DNA of 64,000 bases from Acidimicrobiia bacterium (GCA_965203555.1 CBDBCY010000004.1:480001-544000), one strand, 5' to 3'. Counted from the first letter of the stretch, positions 29,855 to 39,537 are shown. Numbers and translations are program-made. Notes: generated from the sequence alone by a model not told the origin.

Positions 29855-31111
29855 ATGCCGGTTGACCTGGACGCCGCGTTGGAGTCGACCGGCCAACTGC
29901 GGGGCTACGAGCGAGACCTGCTCGATGCTCTCGTGTCGCGGAGAAGCGTGCGGGCCGAACCCTCCGATGTGCACGAGTTGTGCGCCGGGGAAGTCGAGAA
30001 GCTGGGGATGGACGTGGAGCTGGTCACCCCGGTGGTGGGCGAGTTGGAGAACCATCCCGATTGGTGCCCGCCGCAGCCGGCCACCGCCGATCCCGAGCAG
30101 ATGGTGAGCGTGCTGGGATCATGGGGCGACGGGCCGGGGATCTTCCTGTTCGCCCACACCGACACCGAGCGCCCCGATCCCACCGACGACTGGCTTACCG
30201 ACCCCTACCAGGCCACCCGGGTTGGCAACCGGATCTACGGCGTGGGGACCGCCGACGACAAGGCAGGTGTTGCATCCGTGCTGGCGGCCACCCGGGCGTT
30301 GCTTCCCCATCTGGAGGGGGTGAGGGTGGTGATGGGACTGGTGCACGGAAAGCTGGGGGGCGGGTTGGGGACCCTTCCCGCCATGGCCAGGGTGGGAAAG
30401 GTGGATGCCTCCATCTACTGCCATCCCGCCGAGACCGGCCGGGGCCTGACCCACTTCAAAGCCGCCACCCGGGGATTCTTCAACTTCCGCATCGAAACAG
30501 TGGGGCGCCGTCCCGATCCGGTGGAGATCCGCACCCCCGTCTCCGAGGACCCCCGCCAGGGAGTAAACGCATTCAGCCGCCTACGGGCAGTTCTGGATGC
30601 CGTCGACCGGTGGGCCGGCCAGGACGACTTGATTTGCTCGATGAACCGGATTTCGGCCGGAAGCGATCCGATCGTGCTGCCCGAGAGGGCGGTGGCGGAG
30701 GGCGCGGTGTGGTTCCGCCACGGGACAGTCGCCGAGGTGTATGAGAGCCTGAAGGTTGCGGCCTTGAGAGCCGGCGCCCTCTCCACCCACCTGTTCGGCG
30801 TCCGGTCCAACCCTGCCGAGATTCCCGCCGATCATCCCCTTGTCACCGCCACGACCGAAGCCATCGCCGCCGAAACCGGAGTCACCCCAACCGTGTACCC
30901 GGCCCACGTGGCCTCCGATATTCGCTTCCCGATCCGCTGCCTGAACGCCGCAACCGTGGGCTTCGGCGCCTTGGCCGGAAACTTCTACGGCCCCGACGAG
31001 TGGGTGGACGCCGAGGACATGCACCGCGCCACCCGGGTGATCGTCCGAATCGTCTCGGCCTGGGCCAACCTTGGGCGGCCCTGGCCGAGCTTAGAATCCC
31101 TGCGATGCTGA
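29855..31111 (+). CDS. M20/ArgE-DapE fold protein with atypical metal-binding residues
   Basis: FAHTDT, W.TDPY, IYGVGTADDKAG and GPDEWV indicate the M20 fold. The EE, E and C-terminal H ligand positions are substituted. GGGAGG ribosome-binding site. Confidence 0.8.
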   Translation: MPVDLDAALESTGQLRGYERDLLDALVSRRSVRAEPSDVHELCAGEVEKLGMDVELVTPVVGELENHPDWCPPQPATADPEQMVSVLGSWGDGPGIFLFAHTDTERPDPTDDWLTDPYQATRVGNRIYGVGTADDKAGVASVLAATRALLPHLEGVRVVMGLVHGKLGGGLGTLPAMARVGKVDASIYCHPAETGRGLTHFKAATRGFFNFRIETVGRRPDPVEIRTPVSEDPRQGVNAFSRLRAVLDAVDRWAGQDDLICSMNRISAGSDPIVLPERAVAEGAVWFRHGTVAEVYESLKVAALRAGALSTHLFGVRSNPAEIPADHPLVTATTEAIAAETGVTPTVYPAHVASDIRFPIRCLNAATVGFGALAGNFYGPDEWVDAEDMHRATRVIVRIVSAWANLGRPWPSLESLRC

Positions 31112-32817
31112 CGAAGTTGATCGTCCGCGACTTCAAAAGTTTGGCTGATGCTGAAGTCGAACTGGACAACCCGGTCGTTCTCATAGGCCCGAACGACTCG
31201 GGCAAGACTTCCGCCCTTCAAGCTCTCATGCTATGGGAACTCGGGCTGAGGCGATGGACACAGAAGCGAGGGGAATCAGCACCACCCCAACGGCCGGGAG
31301 TGGCCGTCAACCGCCGTGATCTCTTGGCAGTCCCTGTTCCCTCGGCTCGCTTTCTTTGGAGAGAATTGCGCGTCCGCCAGACCTACCGCGATGAGGACCG
31401 GCGGGGCACCCGGAACATCCGCATGGAGATCATAGTAGAGGGAGTTACGGGCGGCGAGCCCTGGTCATGCGGACTGGAGTTCGACTACACCAATGAGGAA
31501 AGCTTCTATTGCCGACCGCTGCGTATTACTCCTGACGGCTCGGAACGCATGCCCGTTCTGCCTCGGACGCTATGGCCAAAGATGGAACTTCTGAATCCCA
31601 TGTCAGGGTTGGCCGCCAACGAGACCCGGCTGGATCCCGGAGCTATAGATGTCCGCATCGGGGAGGGTCGCACCGCCGAGGTGCTGCGCAACCTTTGTCA
31701 TCGGGTTACGGAACTTGCTGATGGGCAAGAGCGGTGGGGTGCGCTGAAACAGCGCATCCTGTCTCTGTACGGCGTTTCACTGGACCGTCCTCGTCTGATT
31801 CCTGACAGAGGCGAGGTAGAGGTTACTTATGTAACCAGGTCGGGATCACGCTTGGACCTCTCCTGCGCCGGGAGGGGAATGTTGCAAACCTTGCTATTGC
31901 TGTCTTTTATCGATCTCAACCAGGACAGCGTCCTGTTGCTGGACGAACCGGACGCACATCTGGAGATACTGAGACAGCGTGAGATCTACAAAGTGATCAG
32001 AGAGACAGCTTCAGACAACGGCACGCAGGTGATTTGCACCTCACACTCGGAAGTGATACTGAACGAGGCCGCCCAACAGGACGCCCTGGTCGCCTTTGTG
32101 GGACACCCTCATCGGGTCGAAAAAAAGGCTCAAGTGCTCAAAGCGCTAAAGGAAATCAGGTTCGAAGATTATTACAAAGCAGAGATCACCGGTTTCGTGC
32201 TGTATGTAGAAGGTTCAACCGATGTGGATTTGTTGCTCGCCTTTGCCACGGTGCTGCAGCATGAGGCTCGCCACGTCTTGGAGCGCCCCTTCGTTCATTA
32301 CGTCGGCGACAACCTGGCCTACGCCCGCTCCCACTTCTACGGTCTGCGGGAGGCGAAAACCGATCTGGTGGGATATGCAATCTTCGATCGCCTCGACCGA
32401 GGGCGACTCAGATCAGAAGGCGAGTTGGTGGAACATATGTGGAACCGCCGCGAGATAGAGAATTACCTCCTGCCTGCGGAAACGCTACGTCGATACGCGG
32501 AGCAGAAAGGACGTGCATCCGTCAAGCCCTCCGATTCCAAACGCATCGGCACAACCCTTTTCGAAGGGCCGGAAGCCCAGCGATGGTTGGATGCCATGGA
32601 CCGCGCCATCGAAGACTTTGCTCCGCCCGTCGCCTTACGTGATCCGGACAACGAATTCTGGATCGAAACCAAGATGAGTGACCGGTTCCTGACGCCGGCG
32701 CTCAGGACTTTCTTCACCGATATGAGTCTTCCCGTCCTCCTGCGAAAGAAAAACTACTACAAACTGGCCACTATCTTGAGCCCTCCGAGTCCACCGGGAC
32801 GTGGCGGATGTGCTTGA
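31105..32817 (+). CDS. ABC-type ATPase with C-terminal TOPRIM-like domain (OLD-family-like)
   Basis: Walker A GPNDSGKT, LSCAGRG, LLLDEPDAHL, TSHS, then YVEGSTD, FDRLD, RREIENYL. C-terminus probably affected by indels (alternative end at ~32866). Confidence 0.8.
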   Translation: MLTKLIVRDFKSLADAEVELDNPVVLIGPNDSGKTSALQALMLWELGLRRWTQKRGESAPPQRPGVAVNRRDLLAVPVPSARFLWRELRVRQTYRDEDRRGTRNIRMEIIVEGVTGGEPWSCGLEFDYTNEESFYCRPLRITPDGSERMPVLPRTLWPKMELLNPMSGLAANETRLDPGAIDVRIGEGRTAEVLRNLCHRVTELADGQERWGALKQRILSLYGVSLDRPRLIPDRGEVEVTYVTRSGSRLDLSCAGRGMLQTLLLLSFIDLNQDSVLLLDEPDAHLEILRQREIYKVIRETASDNGTQVICTSHSEVILNEAAQQDALVAFVGHPHRVEKKAQVLKALKEIRFEDYYKAEITGFVLYVEGSTDVDLLLAFATVLQHEARHVLERPFVHYVGDNLAYARSHFYGLREAKTDLVGYAIFDRLDRGRLRSEGELVEHMWNRREIENYLLPAETLRRYAEQKGRASVKPSDSKRIGTTLFEGPEAQRWLDAMDRAIEDFAPPVALRDPDNEFWIETKMSDRFLTPALRTFFTDMSLPVLLRKKNYYKLATILSPPSPPGRGGCA

Positions 32818-32910
32818 TGGCATAGTGAGCCAAGCCTCCATTGCGCGCTCGGAAGCCACCCCCTGATCTCGAACCACCCGGTCCACCTGCGAACCCCTCC
32901 CGACCCGAAT

Positions 32911-33666
32911 TCAGGCGATGGTTTGGCCTGCGTCGAGGTAGACGGTGGTGCCGGTGGCCATCCTGGAGTCCTCCGAGGCTAGGAATACAGCGGCGCCCAC
33001 TATGTCCTCGGGAACTCCGATGATTCCCAGTGGAATCATGGAGAGGCGATACTGACGGAACTCCGGTTCGGCCAGATCGTGCCGGTTCATGTCGGTCTCG
33101 ATCAAGCCGGGAGCGATGGCGTTGGCGCGGATCTTGTAGGGCGCCAGTTCGAAGGCCAGTTGGCGAGTGAGCATTCGCACTCCCCCCTTGGCCACGCAGT
33201 AGTGGGTGAGGTTCTTTCCCGCCAGCGTGTCGCCCGCCGATGACATGTTGATGATCACGCCTCCGTCTCCCTGGCTCACCATCTGCTTGGCGGCCGCCTG
33301 GGAGCAAAGGAAGAATCCCTTGAGATTCACATCGAGGATCCTGTCCCACTCGGACTCTTCGATCTCCAGGATGGGAGTCCGGATCAGAATCCCGGCATTG
33401 TTCACCAGGATGTCAATCCGGCCAAAGCGTTCGACAGCGGCAGCCACCAATCCGGCCACATCCGAGGAAGAGGATGTGTCGGCTTGCACCGCAATGGCTT
33501 CCGATCCCGCTTCCTCGGCTACAGCGACCGCCGAGTTCGCCGCGCCCTCGTCACTCCGGTAGTTGATCACCACCTTTGCCCCTTCCCGGGCGTACCCGAG
33601 AGCGATGGCCCTCCCGATGGAACGGGAGGACCCGGTGACTATCGCAACTTTATCTTTGAGACGCAT
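32911..33666 (-). CDS. Short-chain dehydrogenase/reductase (FabG/glucose-1-dehydrogenase-like)
   Basis: TGSSRSIG, NNAG, NMSS, YCVAK, NAIAPG. Confidence 0.95.
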   Translation of the reverse strand: MRLKDKVAIVTGSSRSIGRAIALGYAREGAKVVINYRSDEGAANSAVAVAEEAGSEAIAVQADTSSSSDVAGLVAAAVERFGRIDILVNNAGILIRTPILEIEESEWDRILDVNLKGFFLCSQAAAKQMVSQGDGGVIINMSSAGDTLAGKNLTHYCVAKGGVRMLTRQLAFELAPYKIRANAIAPGLIETDMNRHDLAEPEFRQYRLSMIPLGIIGVPEDIVGAAVFLASEDSRMATGTTVYLDAGQTIA

Positions 33667-33680
33667 ATCGTGTTTCCCTC

Positions 33681-34721
33681 TCAGTCCAACTCGAACCCGG
33701 GTACCACAAACTGGCCCCGGTCGATGATCTGGGTGTCCCCGACCGCTATCGAGTGGTTGCGAGTGGGAATGTCGTAATGGAAATTCACCCGGTTCTTACC
33801 ACCCAACTTGTGAGTGAAATTGGCGCCGAAAGCGATCAGCATGTTGCCGTAGTAGCTCTCGGTGTCCATAACTCCCCCGCCTTCCCAGAAGCGAAGACCG
33901 AGAGCGTTCCAGTTGGCCCGGTGCTCGTAGCCCCAACCTATATGGGAAAGACCGTAGGCTCGCTTGTCCTTGGGCAATTCGAAATAGTCCTTGACCAGTC
34001 GGGCATCGGCCCCGCCCTCCATGGAGATGATGCTGCCTTCCCGCATTTCTATGCGGATAGGCTGCTCCACGTACTTGCCCATCGGAAGCAGCGCATCACC
34101 GGCGTCCACCACCAGGATCCCCTCAGCCGAGTCCTCGAGGGGGGCCACGCCGCACTGTCCCGAGGGCCAGTGATCCCACCGTCCCGGTTGATCCGTGTAG
34201 CCGTACTGGCATGTTAGGGGGCGACCGGTGTATCTGACCGTAAAGTCACTGCCGGCATCGGACCAGACCCGCATGGTGTCGGATGTCGCCAGGTATTCGA
34301 TGCTCTTCTCTCCCCGCCTGCGGATCTCGGGAAGTGGGAACATCCGGCGCAGGTGGTCTTCCGGCTCCTCGATCATCAGGCTGCGGGTGCCGGACGCCAG
34401 AGCCTCGTTGTGGGCGTCGGAATATATCCAGTGAGATCCCATGCTGGCCAGAAATCCCACCACCAGGTCGGATCCTTTCCAAGCGTCGACAATGGTGCGG
34501 GACTTCATCCAGGAGTCGTCAGCCGCCACCATGATCTGGAAGAAGTCGCCGCCCAGCACCCGGACCGCCCCCATCAGAGCGGCGATGTAGGCCGGGTTGC
34601 TCTGGGTGTTGGTGAAGGCCATCACGGTCTGTCCGGGACCGACCCCGCACAACTCCATGTGGTCTTTGAACATCGGCACCAGTTCGGCGCCGGCGGCGGA
34701 AGTGGTGGGAACTCTGCGCAA
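33681..34721 (-). CDS. 2,5-dihydroxypyridine 5,6-dioxygenase (NicX)-like / M29-fold protein
   Basis: QYGYTDQPGRWDHWPSG, SHIGWG, MDTESYYGN, FGAN, HYDIP match recalled NicX-family motifs. TTG start 7 nt after AAGGAG. Confidence 0.75.
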   Translation of the reverse strand: MRRVPTTSAAGAELVPMFKDHMELCGVGPGQTVMAFTNTQSNPAYIAALMGAVRVLGGDFFQIMVAADDSWMKSRTIVDAWKGSDLVVGFLASMGSHWIYSDAHNEALASGTRSLMIEEPEDHLRRMFPLPEIRRRGEKSIEYLATSDTMRVWSDAGSDFTVRYTGRPLTCQYGYTDQPGRWDHWPSGQCGVAPLEDSAEGILVVDAGDALLPMGKYVEQPIRIEMREGSIISMEGGADARLVKDYFELPKDKRAYGLSHIGWGYEHRANWNALGLRFWEGGGVMDTESYYGNMLIAFGANFTHKLGGKNRVNFHYDIPTRNHSIAVGDTQIIDRGQFVVPGFELD

Positions 34722-34780
34722 CGGTCATCTCCTTCTCGGTTTCAGACCTATCGTATACCGATCCTCCCCAGAAACGGGCT

Positions 34781-34813
34781 AAAAACGGACCCCCCGCTCT
34801 TCGAGGGGCATCC
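34781..34813 (-). terminator. Putative intrinsic terminator after the SLH gene
   Basis: Minus strand GGATGCCCCTC-GAA-GAGCGGGGGGTCC followed by GTTTTT. Confidence 0.45.
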
Positions 34814-34824
34814 TTTGGCGACGG

Positions 34825-37113
34825 TCACTTGATCACCACCAAGCTGAACCCGGAGGTATATACCAGGATGTCCAAGTCATCGATTCCGTTGACCTGCTCG
34901 TCCCACTTTTGCTCAAACGTCTCGAGGCTGACGACCTCGCCGTTCGCTTGGAACATGTGGTCGGCGTCATAGCTCCACAGGGTGAAGAAGGTGCGATACC
35001 TCTGCTGGCCGGCGTACAACTCGACCTCCTCGACATTCAGGCCCGGAGCCGTCGAGAAATTCCGGCCTTGTAGTACATCGAACTCTGTCTCGTCCCGTGC
35101 GGTGTGAACGATCCAGACAATCGAACGAGAGTCCACATACCTGACTTCGTTCGCGTCCAGTACGGCGTCACCATCTCTGTCGCTGAAGACCTCCACGTCG
35201 ACACTGACAAGGAACTCGTAGCCAACTCGATATTCGGACGGGATTGGAATCTCGATGTCGGCCCTTACACCTCTGCGGTTGATTCTGATGCTGGGCGTCC
35301 CTGCCGTGAGGGGAGCTTCCCCGATCATGTAGGCGCCGTCGCCATCGGAGGGGGCATGGTACAGCTGGTAACGGATTTTCGCTTCCAGTTCGGTATTGGG
35401 TCTTCCCGTGTAGCGGGAGTCCGTCCCGCGCAGCGTCCCCCCGTACTGGTCTACCAGGTCGTATCCGACGGTGAACTCAATCTTGTCACCGTCCCGCTGC
35501 TGGAAAGAATTGAAATCAGGCCGGGCGTACACCAGGACCGACTCGCCATCGCTCCAGGCGATCCGATGGACCTGTTCGGTGCAACAATCTGCTTCGATGG
35601 TTACCGTGTCCAGACGCTCTTCACGCCTCGGACCCCTCAAAGAAAAAGTGGCGCTGCCGCCCGCGTCGGTGAGCACCGTTTCGTCCTGCCTTGCGTTGCG
35701 TCCTCTGCTGACCAAGTCGGGATCGGGCCGGCCGGCGCTCACATCCTCGGATTCCACCCTGACTGCCCGGCTCTCAACTTCGATATACACCGGCACTCCC
35801 TCTCTCTCCAGGCGGGCGCCGTCCTCGTCGAGGAGTTGGATGCTGAACTCCACCGATGACCGCCGGTCCAGATCGACTATGAAGGCCCCGTCGCCGCCTA
35901 TGCGAGCGGAGTCGGCGGGCACATCGTGCCGCACCGTGAGACTGTCCGGCGCCTTTTCCGACCTTGCCCGGGCCGTGGAGAAATCCGCCGTGTCCCGATC
36001 AAATCTCTGTCCATCCCTCTCACCAACCCAGGCGTAGATGTTCATGGTCGCCCCCGGGGTTGCGTCAAAATCCTCGAAGAGATTCCCATCCGGATCGGTT
36101 ACCTCATCTTCGTCCCGGTCCCAGATGCAGTCACCGTCGCCCAGTATCTGGTCCTCGTCGCAGGTACCGTCGCTTTCCAGGCCACCACGGGGATCGTCCG
36201 TGTAGAACCAGTCCACGGCCCTGCCCTCGGCGGGAGCGAAATTGTCATCCCGAACGGAAACCATCATCAAGACCTCGAAGTCGTCGGTACCCTCGTTCGG
36301 AGTGACCTGCACCATCAACCCTCTGGGACGCAGGTTGGAATGGTCCAGGATGGCCGCCATGAATTCAGCCATGGTGGCTCTCGACATGTCTACGTCAGGA
36401 CCGTAAGTCAGACTGGTCAGTCCACTTGCCACCCCGAGTTCGTACAACTGGGTGACTGCATCGTGAACGTTGTGGGGCGCCTCCTCCAGGTCTGTGAAGG
36501 GAGAGCCCACCTCGAAGTCTCCGTCGTTGTCATTGACATCATCCGGTGTGTAACCAAAGGCTATTCGGCCGTCGGCGGCGGGGACCATCAGGTCCATGAG
36601 TCTTTGCAGGAAAAGAGCCATCTCGCCGCGGCTGACGTTACGGGCGGGCGTGTAGGTGGTGGCGCTGGTGCCCACGGTAATCCCCATCCGGTAAATCTGG
36701 CCGATGGCCTCTTGGGACTCTCGGGACAAGTCTGCGGTATCCCGGAAGGGCGTTTCAGTTGCCGGGGGAACGCGAATACCCACCAGCCTGGCCAGACGGA
36801 CCAGGAAAAGCGCCATGTGCCAGCGGGTCACCGGCCTGTCCGGCGAGTATGAAGTAGGAGAGGCGCCGTTGGTGATTCCATAGTAGGCGATGCAATCGAC
36901 GTCGCCGGCATTGGGATGGAGGACCGGGACATCGACGAAACCCGCGCTCGGAATGATCTCCTCTGGACAGGCCTCAAAAGATGGAAGATAATCGGGCGCC
37001 GGGCCACCCGCATTGGCTGAAATCGGGCTGATCGCCGAAATGCCGACCAAGAGCGACAGAGCCGCCGCCAACCCCACTGAACGGCGCCGGTGGAAGGAGA
37101 AGAGCGTTGCCAT
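34825..37113 (-). CDS. Secreted acidic S-layer-like protein with N-terminal SLH domains
   Basis: Signal peptide ending SANA. Three SLH repeats (YGITNG..PTSYSPDRPVTRWHMALFL, MGITVG...YTPARNVSRGEMALFL, LGVASG...YGPD..MSRATMA). Long Asp/Glu-rich C-terminal region. Confidence 0.85.
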   Translation of the reverse strand: MATLFSFHRRRSVGLAAALSLLVGISAISPISANAGGPAPDYLPSFEACPEEIIPSAGFVDVPVLHPNAGDVDCIAYYGITNGASPTSYSPDRPVTRWHMALFLVRLARLVGIRVPPATETPFRDTADLSRESQEAIGQIYRMGITVGTSATTYTPARNVSRGEMALFLQRLMDLMVPAADGRIAFGYTPDDVNDNDGDFEVGSPFTDLEEAPHNVHDAVTQLYELGVASGLTSLTYGPDVDMSRATMAEFMAAILDHSNLRPRGLMVQVTPNEGTDDFEVLMMVSVRDDNFAPAEGRAVDWFYTDDPRGGLESDGTCDEDQILGDGDCIWDRDEDEVTDPDGNLFEDFDATPGATMNIYAWVGERDGQRFDRDTADFSTARARSEKAPDSLTVRHDVPADSARIGGDGAFIVDLDRRSSVEFSIQLLDEDGARLEREGVPVYIEVESRAVRVESEDVSAGRPDPDLVSRGRNARQDETVLTDAGGSATFSLRGPRREERLDTVTIEADCCTEQVHRIAWSDGESVLVYARPDFNSFQQRDGDKIEFTVGYDLVDQYGGTLRGTDSRYTGRPNTELEAKIRYQLYHAPSDGDGAYMIGEAPLTAGTPSIRINRRGVRADIEIPIPSEYRVGYEFLVSVDVEVFSDRDGDAVLDANEVRYVDSRSIVWIVHTARDETEFDVLQGRNFSTAPGLNVEEVELYAGQQRYRTFFTLWSYDADHMFQANGEVVSLETFEQKWDEQVNGIDDLDILVYTSGFSLVVIK

Positions 37114-37269
37114 AAACTCTTTATAGCATCGCCAAGACCTGTCGACCGGGCCTCGGCCAATCTTTAAATGTTCAGGTTGACCACATCCCTTTGCGCAGAT
37201 TTTTCCGGTTGTGGCCGAGACTCCGGCCATCGTCTCGGAGGAATAACCCCGCTTGATTAACTCCTTCTC

Positions 37270-37405
37270 CGCCAGTTTGGCCGGCCTGATCACGAACAGT
37301 GGCGTGTGGTCGCCGATCACAAAAGCGTCAGGTGAGTAGGTGGTGACCGAAGTCCCCTTGGGTAATTCCGTATTGGGCGATGCTGTTGATGTCCAAGGCG
37401 TTGGC
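37270..37405 (-). pseudogene. Degenerate SLH-domain fragment
   Basis: Translates with one frameshift to ANALDINSIAQYGITQG/TSVTTYSPDAFVIGDHTPLFVIRPAKLA, which aligns with PNAGDVDCIAYYGITNGASPTSYSPDRPVTRWHMALFLVRLARL of the adjacent gene. Confidence 0.7.
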
Positions 37406-37555
37406 GGTTACGACCGGGCACTTTAAGCCCAGCCACCCCTACCCCTCTTGAGAGTGCTGTGTTAGGATAGCTCCGGTAAGGTATTGGATGGGTTGCCCCA
37501 ATGGGGTCGCCCGATCTATCGCTGTACCACCCAGACCCAGAAAAGGAAGGGAAAG

Positions 37556-39508
37556 ATGACCAAGATTCGTGTATGGATAACCATGCTTTCGGCTCTGGCT
37601 CTCATAGCCGCGGCCTGCGGCGGGGACGCTGCTGACGACACAGACGCTTCTGCAACGCCGCAAACCACTGCCGCCGCAGAGACGCCGGACACCACCGCCG
37701 CTATGGACGAGGAAGACGACCACATGGATGAGGAAGACGACCACATGCATGAGGAAGACGACCACATGCATGAGGAAGAGTCCATGGAGGAGGAACAGGA
37801 AGAGGAAGAAATGCCCATCGAAGAGGAAGAGGTGACTACCACCACCGTCCTCACGGGCGAGGAACTGATGGCGGGTAGTTGCGCTCCGCCACCGGAAGCC
37901 GCTCCTCCGAGAGGCGTGGAACCGGTTGATGGTTTGACGATCATCAAGGCCTACTCCGGCGACGTGCCCAACATCGATCCGAGACTCAACTTCGAGGCTC
38001 GCGGATCGGAGTTGGCTGCCAACATGTACGACCAGTTGATCACCTTCCACCTCGACGAGAACGAGGACGGAGTGCTGATTGCCGACTCTTCCCGTCCGCA
38101 GGGACTGCTGGCGGAGAGTTGGGAGTTCAACGAGGACTGCACCTCGGTGACCTTCACTCTGCGTCAAGGCGTGAAGTTCAATCACACCAAGAACGAGATG
38201 ACCGCCCATGACGTGAAGTGGAGTTTCCGCAGGGCGGCGTTGCACCAGGACCGTGTAGGCGGTTGGTTCGATCATGCGGTGATTGCCCTGTATGACTACG
38301 GTGACGAAGAGACCATTGATGATGTGATCACCGTCATCGACGACTACACCATCCGCTTCGACTTCCTCTATCCCACCCCGTTCCCCTTGCATGTGCTCTC
38401 CAACGCTGGTGTCACGGTGTACGACTCGGCGGTTCTGAGCAGGCAGGGCACAACCTCGGATCCGTGGGCCAGGGACTTCCTGCAGACCATCGACACGGGC
38501 ACCGGGCCCTTCTACCTGGAGGATGTCGACCCTGGCGTTCAGGTCACCCTGAGGCGCAACGATGACTACTTCCTCGGGCCGGCCCAGGCCGAGCGGGTCA
38601 TCTTGAGGATCATCCCCGACGAGGCCCAGCAGGCTGCATTGTTGGCGGCCGGTGAGATCGACTTCGCCGAAGCGGTGCCGGTCACGGCCATTCCCGAACT
38701 CCGGGCACAGGGCGTGAAGGTCACCACGGTGGGTGGCAACAACCAAGCGGTCATGTACATGAACCCCACCGTGCCCCCGTTTGACGATATCAAGGTACGC
38801 CAGGCGATTTCTTACGCCTATCCCTACGACGATATCCTGGAGGGCGTTTACTTCGGCGCCGCCAGTCGCGGCGGTGGGCCGATCCCGTCGACGACTCCGA
38901 CCTTCGATCCGGATGCTCCGTTCTACACCTACGACTTGGACAAGGCCCGTGCCTTGCTGGCCGAGTCGGGACATCCCGATGGATTCACCACCCAGCTTTA
39001 CATAGATGGAACCTTGGCCTTCGCTCCTGAGTTGGCCATCGTGGTGCAGGCATCGTTGGCCCAGATCGGGATCGACGTCGAGATCGTCAGGCTCAGTGCC
39101 GGTGACTTCCACGAGAATGTGTTCGCCGAGGACTCCACCAAGACCGACCCCTTGGAGGCGCGCATCAACCCGATGCCCTTCTTCCTGTTCTACTTCGGGT
39201 CCGGTTCTTGGGTGAACGAGCCCCAGTACCACATGGAACTCTTCTGGGAAGTGGATGCGTACGCCATGCGGAGCAACTACTCGAACCCCCTGGTTACCGA
39301 GAAGCTCGAAGCCGCCAAGCTCCTGAGCCCCGCCACGGAGGAGAGGGTCCAGCTCTATAAGGATGTACAGGCGATAATGCTTGAGGATGCTCCCGCGGTG
39401 TGGCTGGCCGAACCCCATCTGATCGTGGCTTCCTCGCAAGCCATCCAGGGGTTCATCTGGCGACCCGACCAGATCAACCGTTACTACTACGTGACCAAGA
39501 CTCCCTGA
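37556..39508 (+). CDS. ABC transporter family 5 (Dpp/Opp) substrate-binding lipoprotein
   Basis: Lipobox LIAAAC, acidic/His-rich linker, LAESWE, FTLRQGVKF, GTGPF, PPFDD.KVRQAI, YDLDKARALLAE. Confidence 0.93.
   Translation: MTKIRVWITMLSALALIAAACGGDAADDTDASATPQTTAAAETPDTTAAMDEEDDHMDEEDDHMHEEDDHMHEEESMEEEQEEEEMPIEEEEVTTTTVLTGEELMAGSCAPPPEAAPPRGVEPVDGLTIIKAYSGDVPNIDPRLNFEARGSELAANMYDQLITFHLDENEDGVLIADSSRPQGLLAESWEFNEDCTSVTFTLRQGVKFNHTKNEMTAHDVKWSFRRAALHQDRVGGWFDHAVIALYDYGDEETIDDVITVIDDYTIRFDFLYPTPFPLHVLSNAGVTVYDSAVLSRQGTTSDPWARDFLQTIDTGTGPFYLEDVDPGVQVTLRRNDDYFLGPAQAERVILRIIPDEAQQAALLAAGEIDFAEAVPVTAIPELRAQGVKVTTVGGNNQAVMYMNPTVPPFDDIKVRQAISYAYPYDDILEGVYFGAASRGGGPIPSTTPTFDPDAPFYTYDLDKARALLAESGHPDGFTTQLYIDGTLAFAPELAIVVQASLAQIGIDVEIVRLSAGDFHENVFAEDSTKTDPLEARINPMPFFLFYFGSGSWVNEPQYHMELFWEVDAYAMRSNYSNPLVTEKLEAAKLLSPATEERVQLYKDVQAIMLEDAPAVWLAEPHLIVASSQAIQGFIWRPDQINRYYYVTKTP
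37703..37790 (+). repeat. 21-bp coding tandem repeat, (M[D/H]EEDDH) x3 plus degenerate copies
   Basis: ATGGACGAGGAAGACGACCAC / ATGGATGAGGAAGACGACCAC / ATGCATGAGGAAGACGACCAC / ATGCATGAGGAAGAG. Confidence 0.9.
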
Positions 39509-39537
39509 TCACCCGGTAGTACCTACTTGAAAGCCGA

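Noticed and set aside
34519-34728. Possible frameshift at the start of the NicX-like gene (ATG 34728 in another frame)
   Set aside because: That ATG directly abuts the Shine-Dalgarno sequence, while TTG 34721 has 7-nt spacing and is in frame, so no frameshift is needed.
37703-37790. Repeats as a possible CRISPR array
   Set aside because: The 21-bp units are contiguous and in frame, with no spacers and no cas genes in the window.
37439-39439. 666-aa minus-strand ORF and similar long antisense ORFs (22048..23664, 25901..27247, 45368..46804, 47341..49005, 60682..61971, 62618..63934)
   Set aside because: These are mirror-frame ORFs expected in high-GC DNA opposite well-supported genes, with no recognisable motifs.
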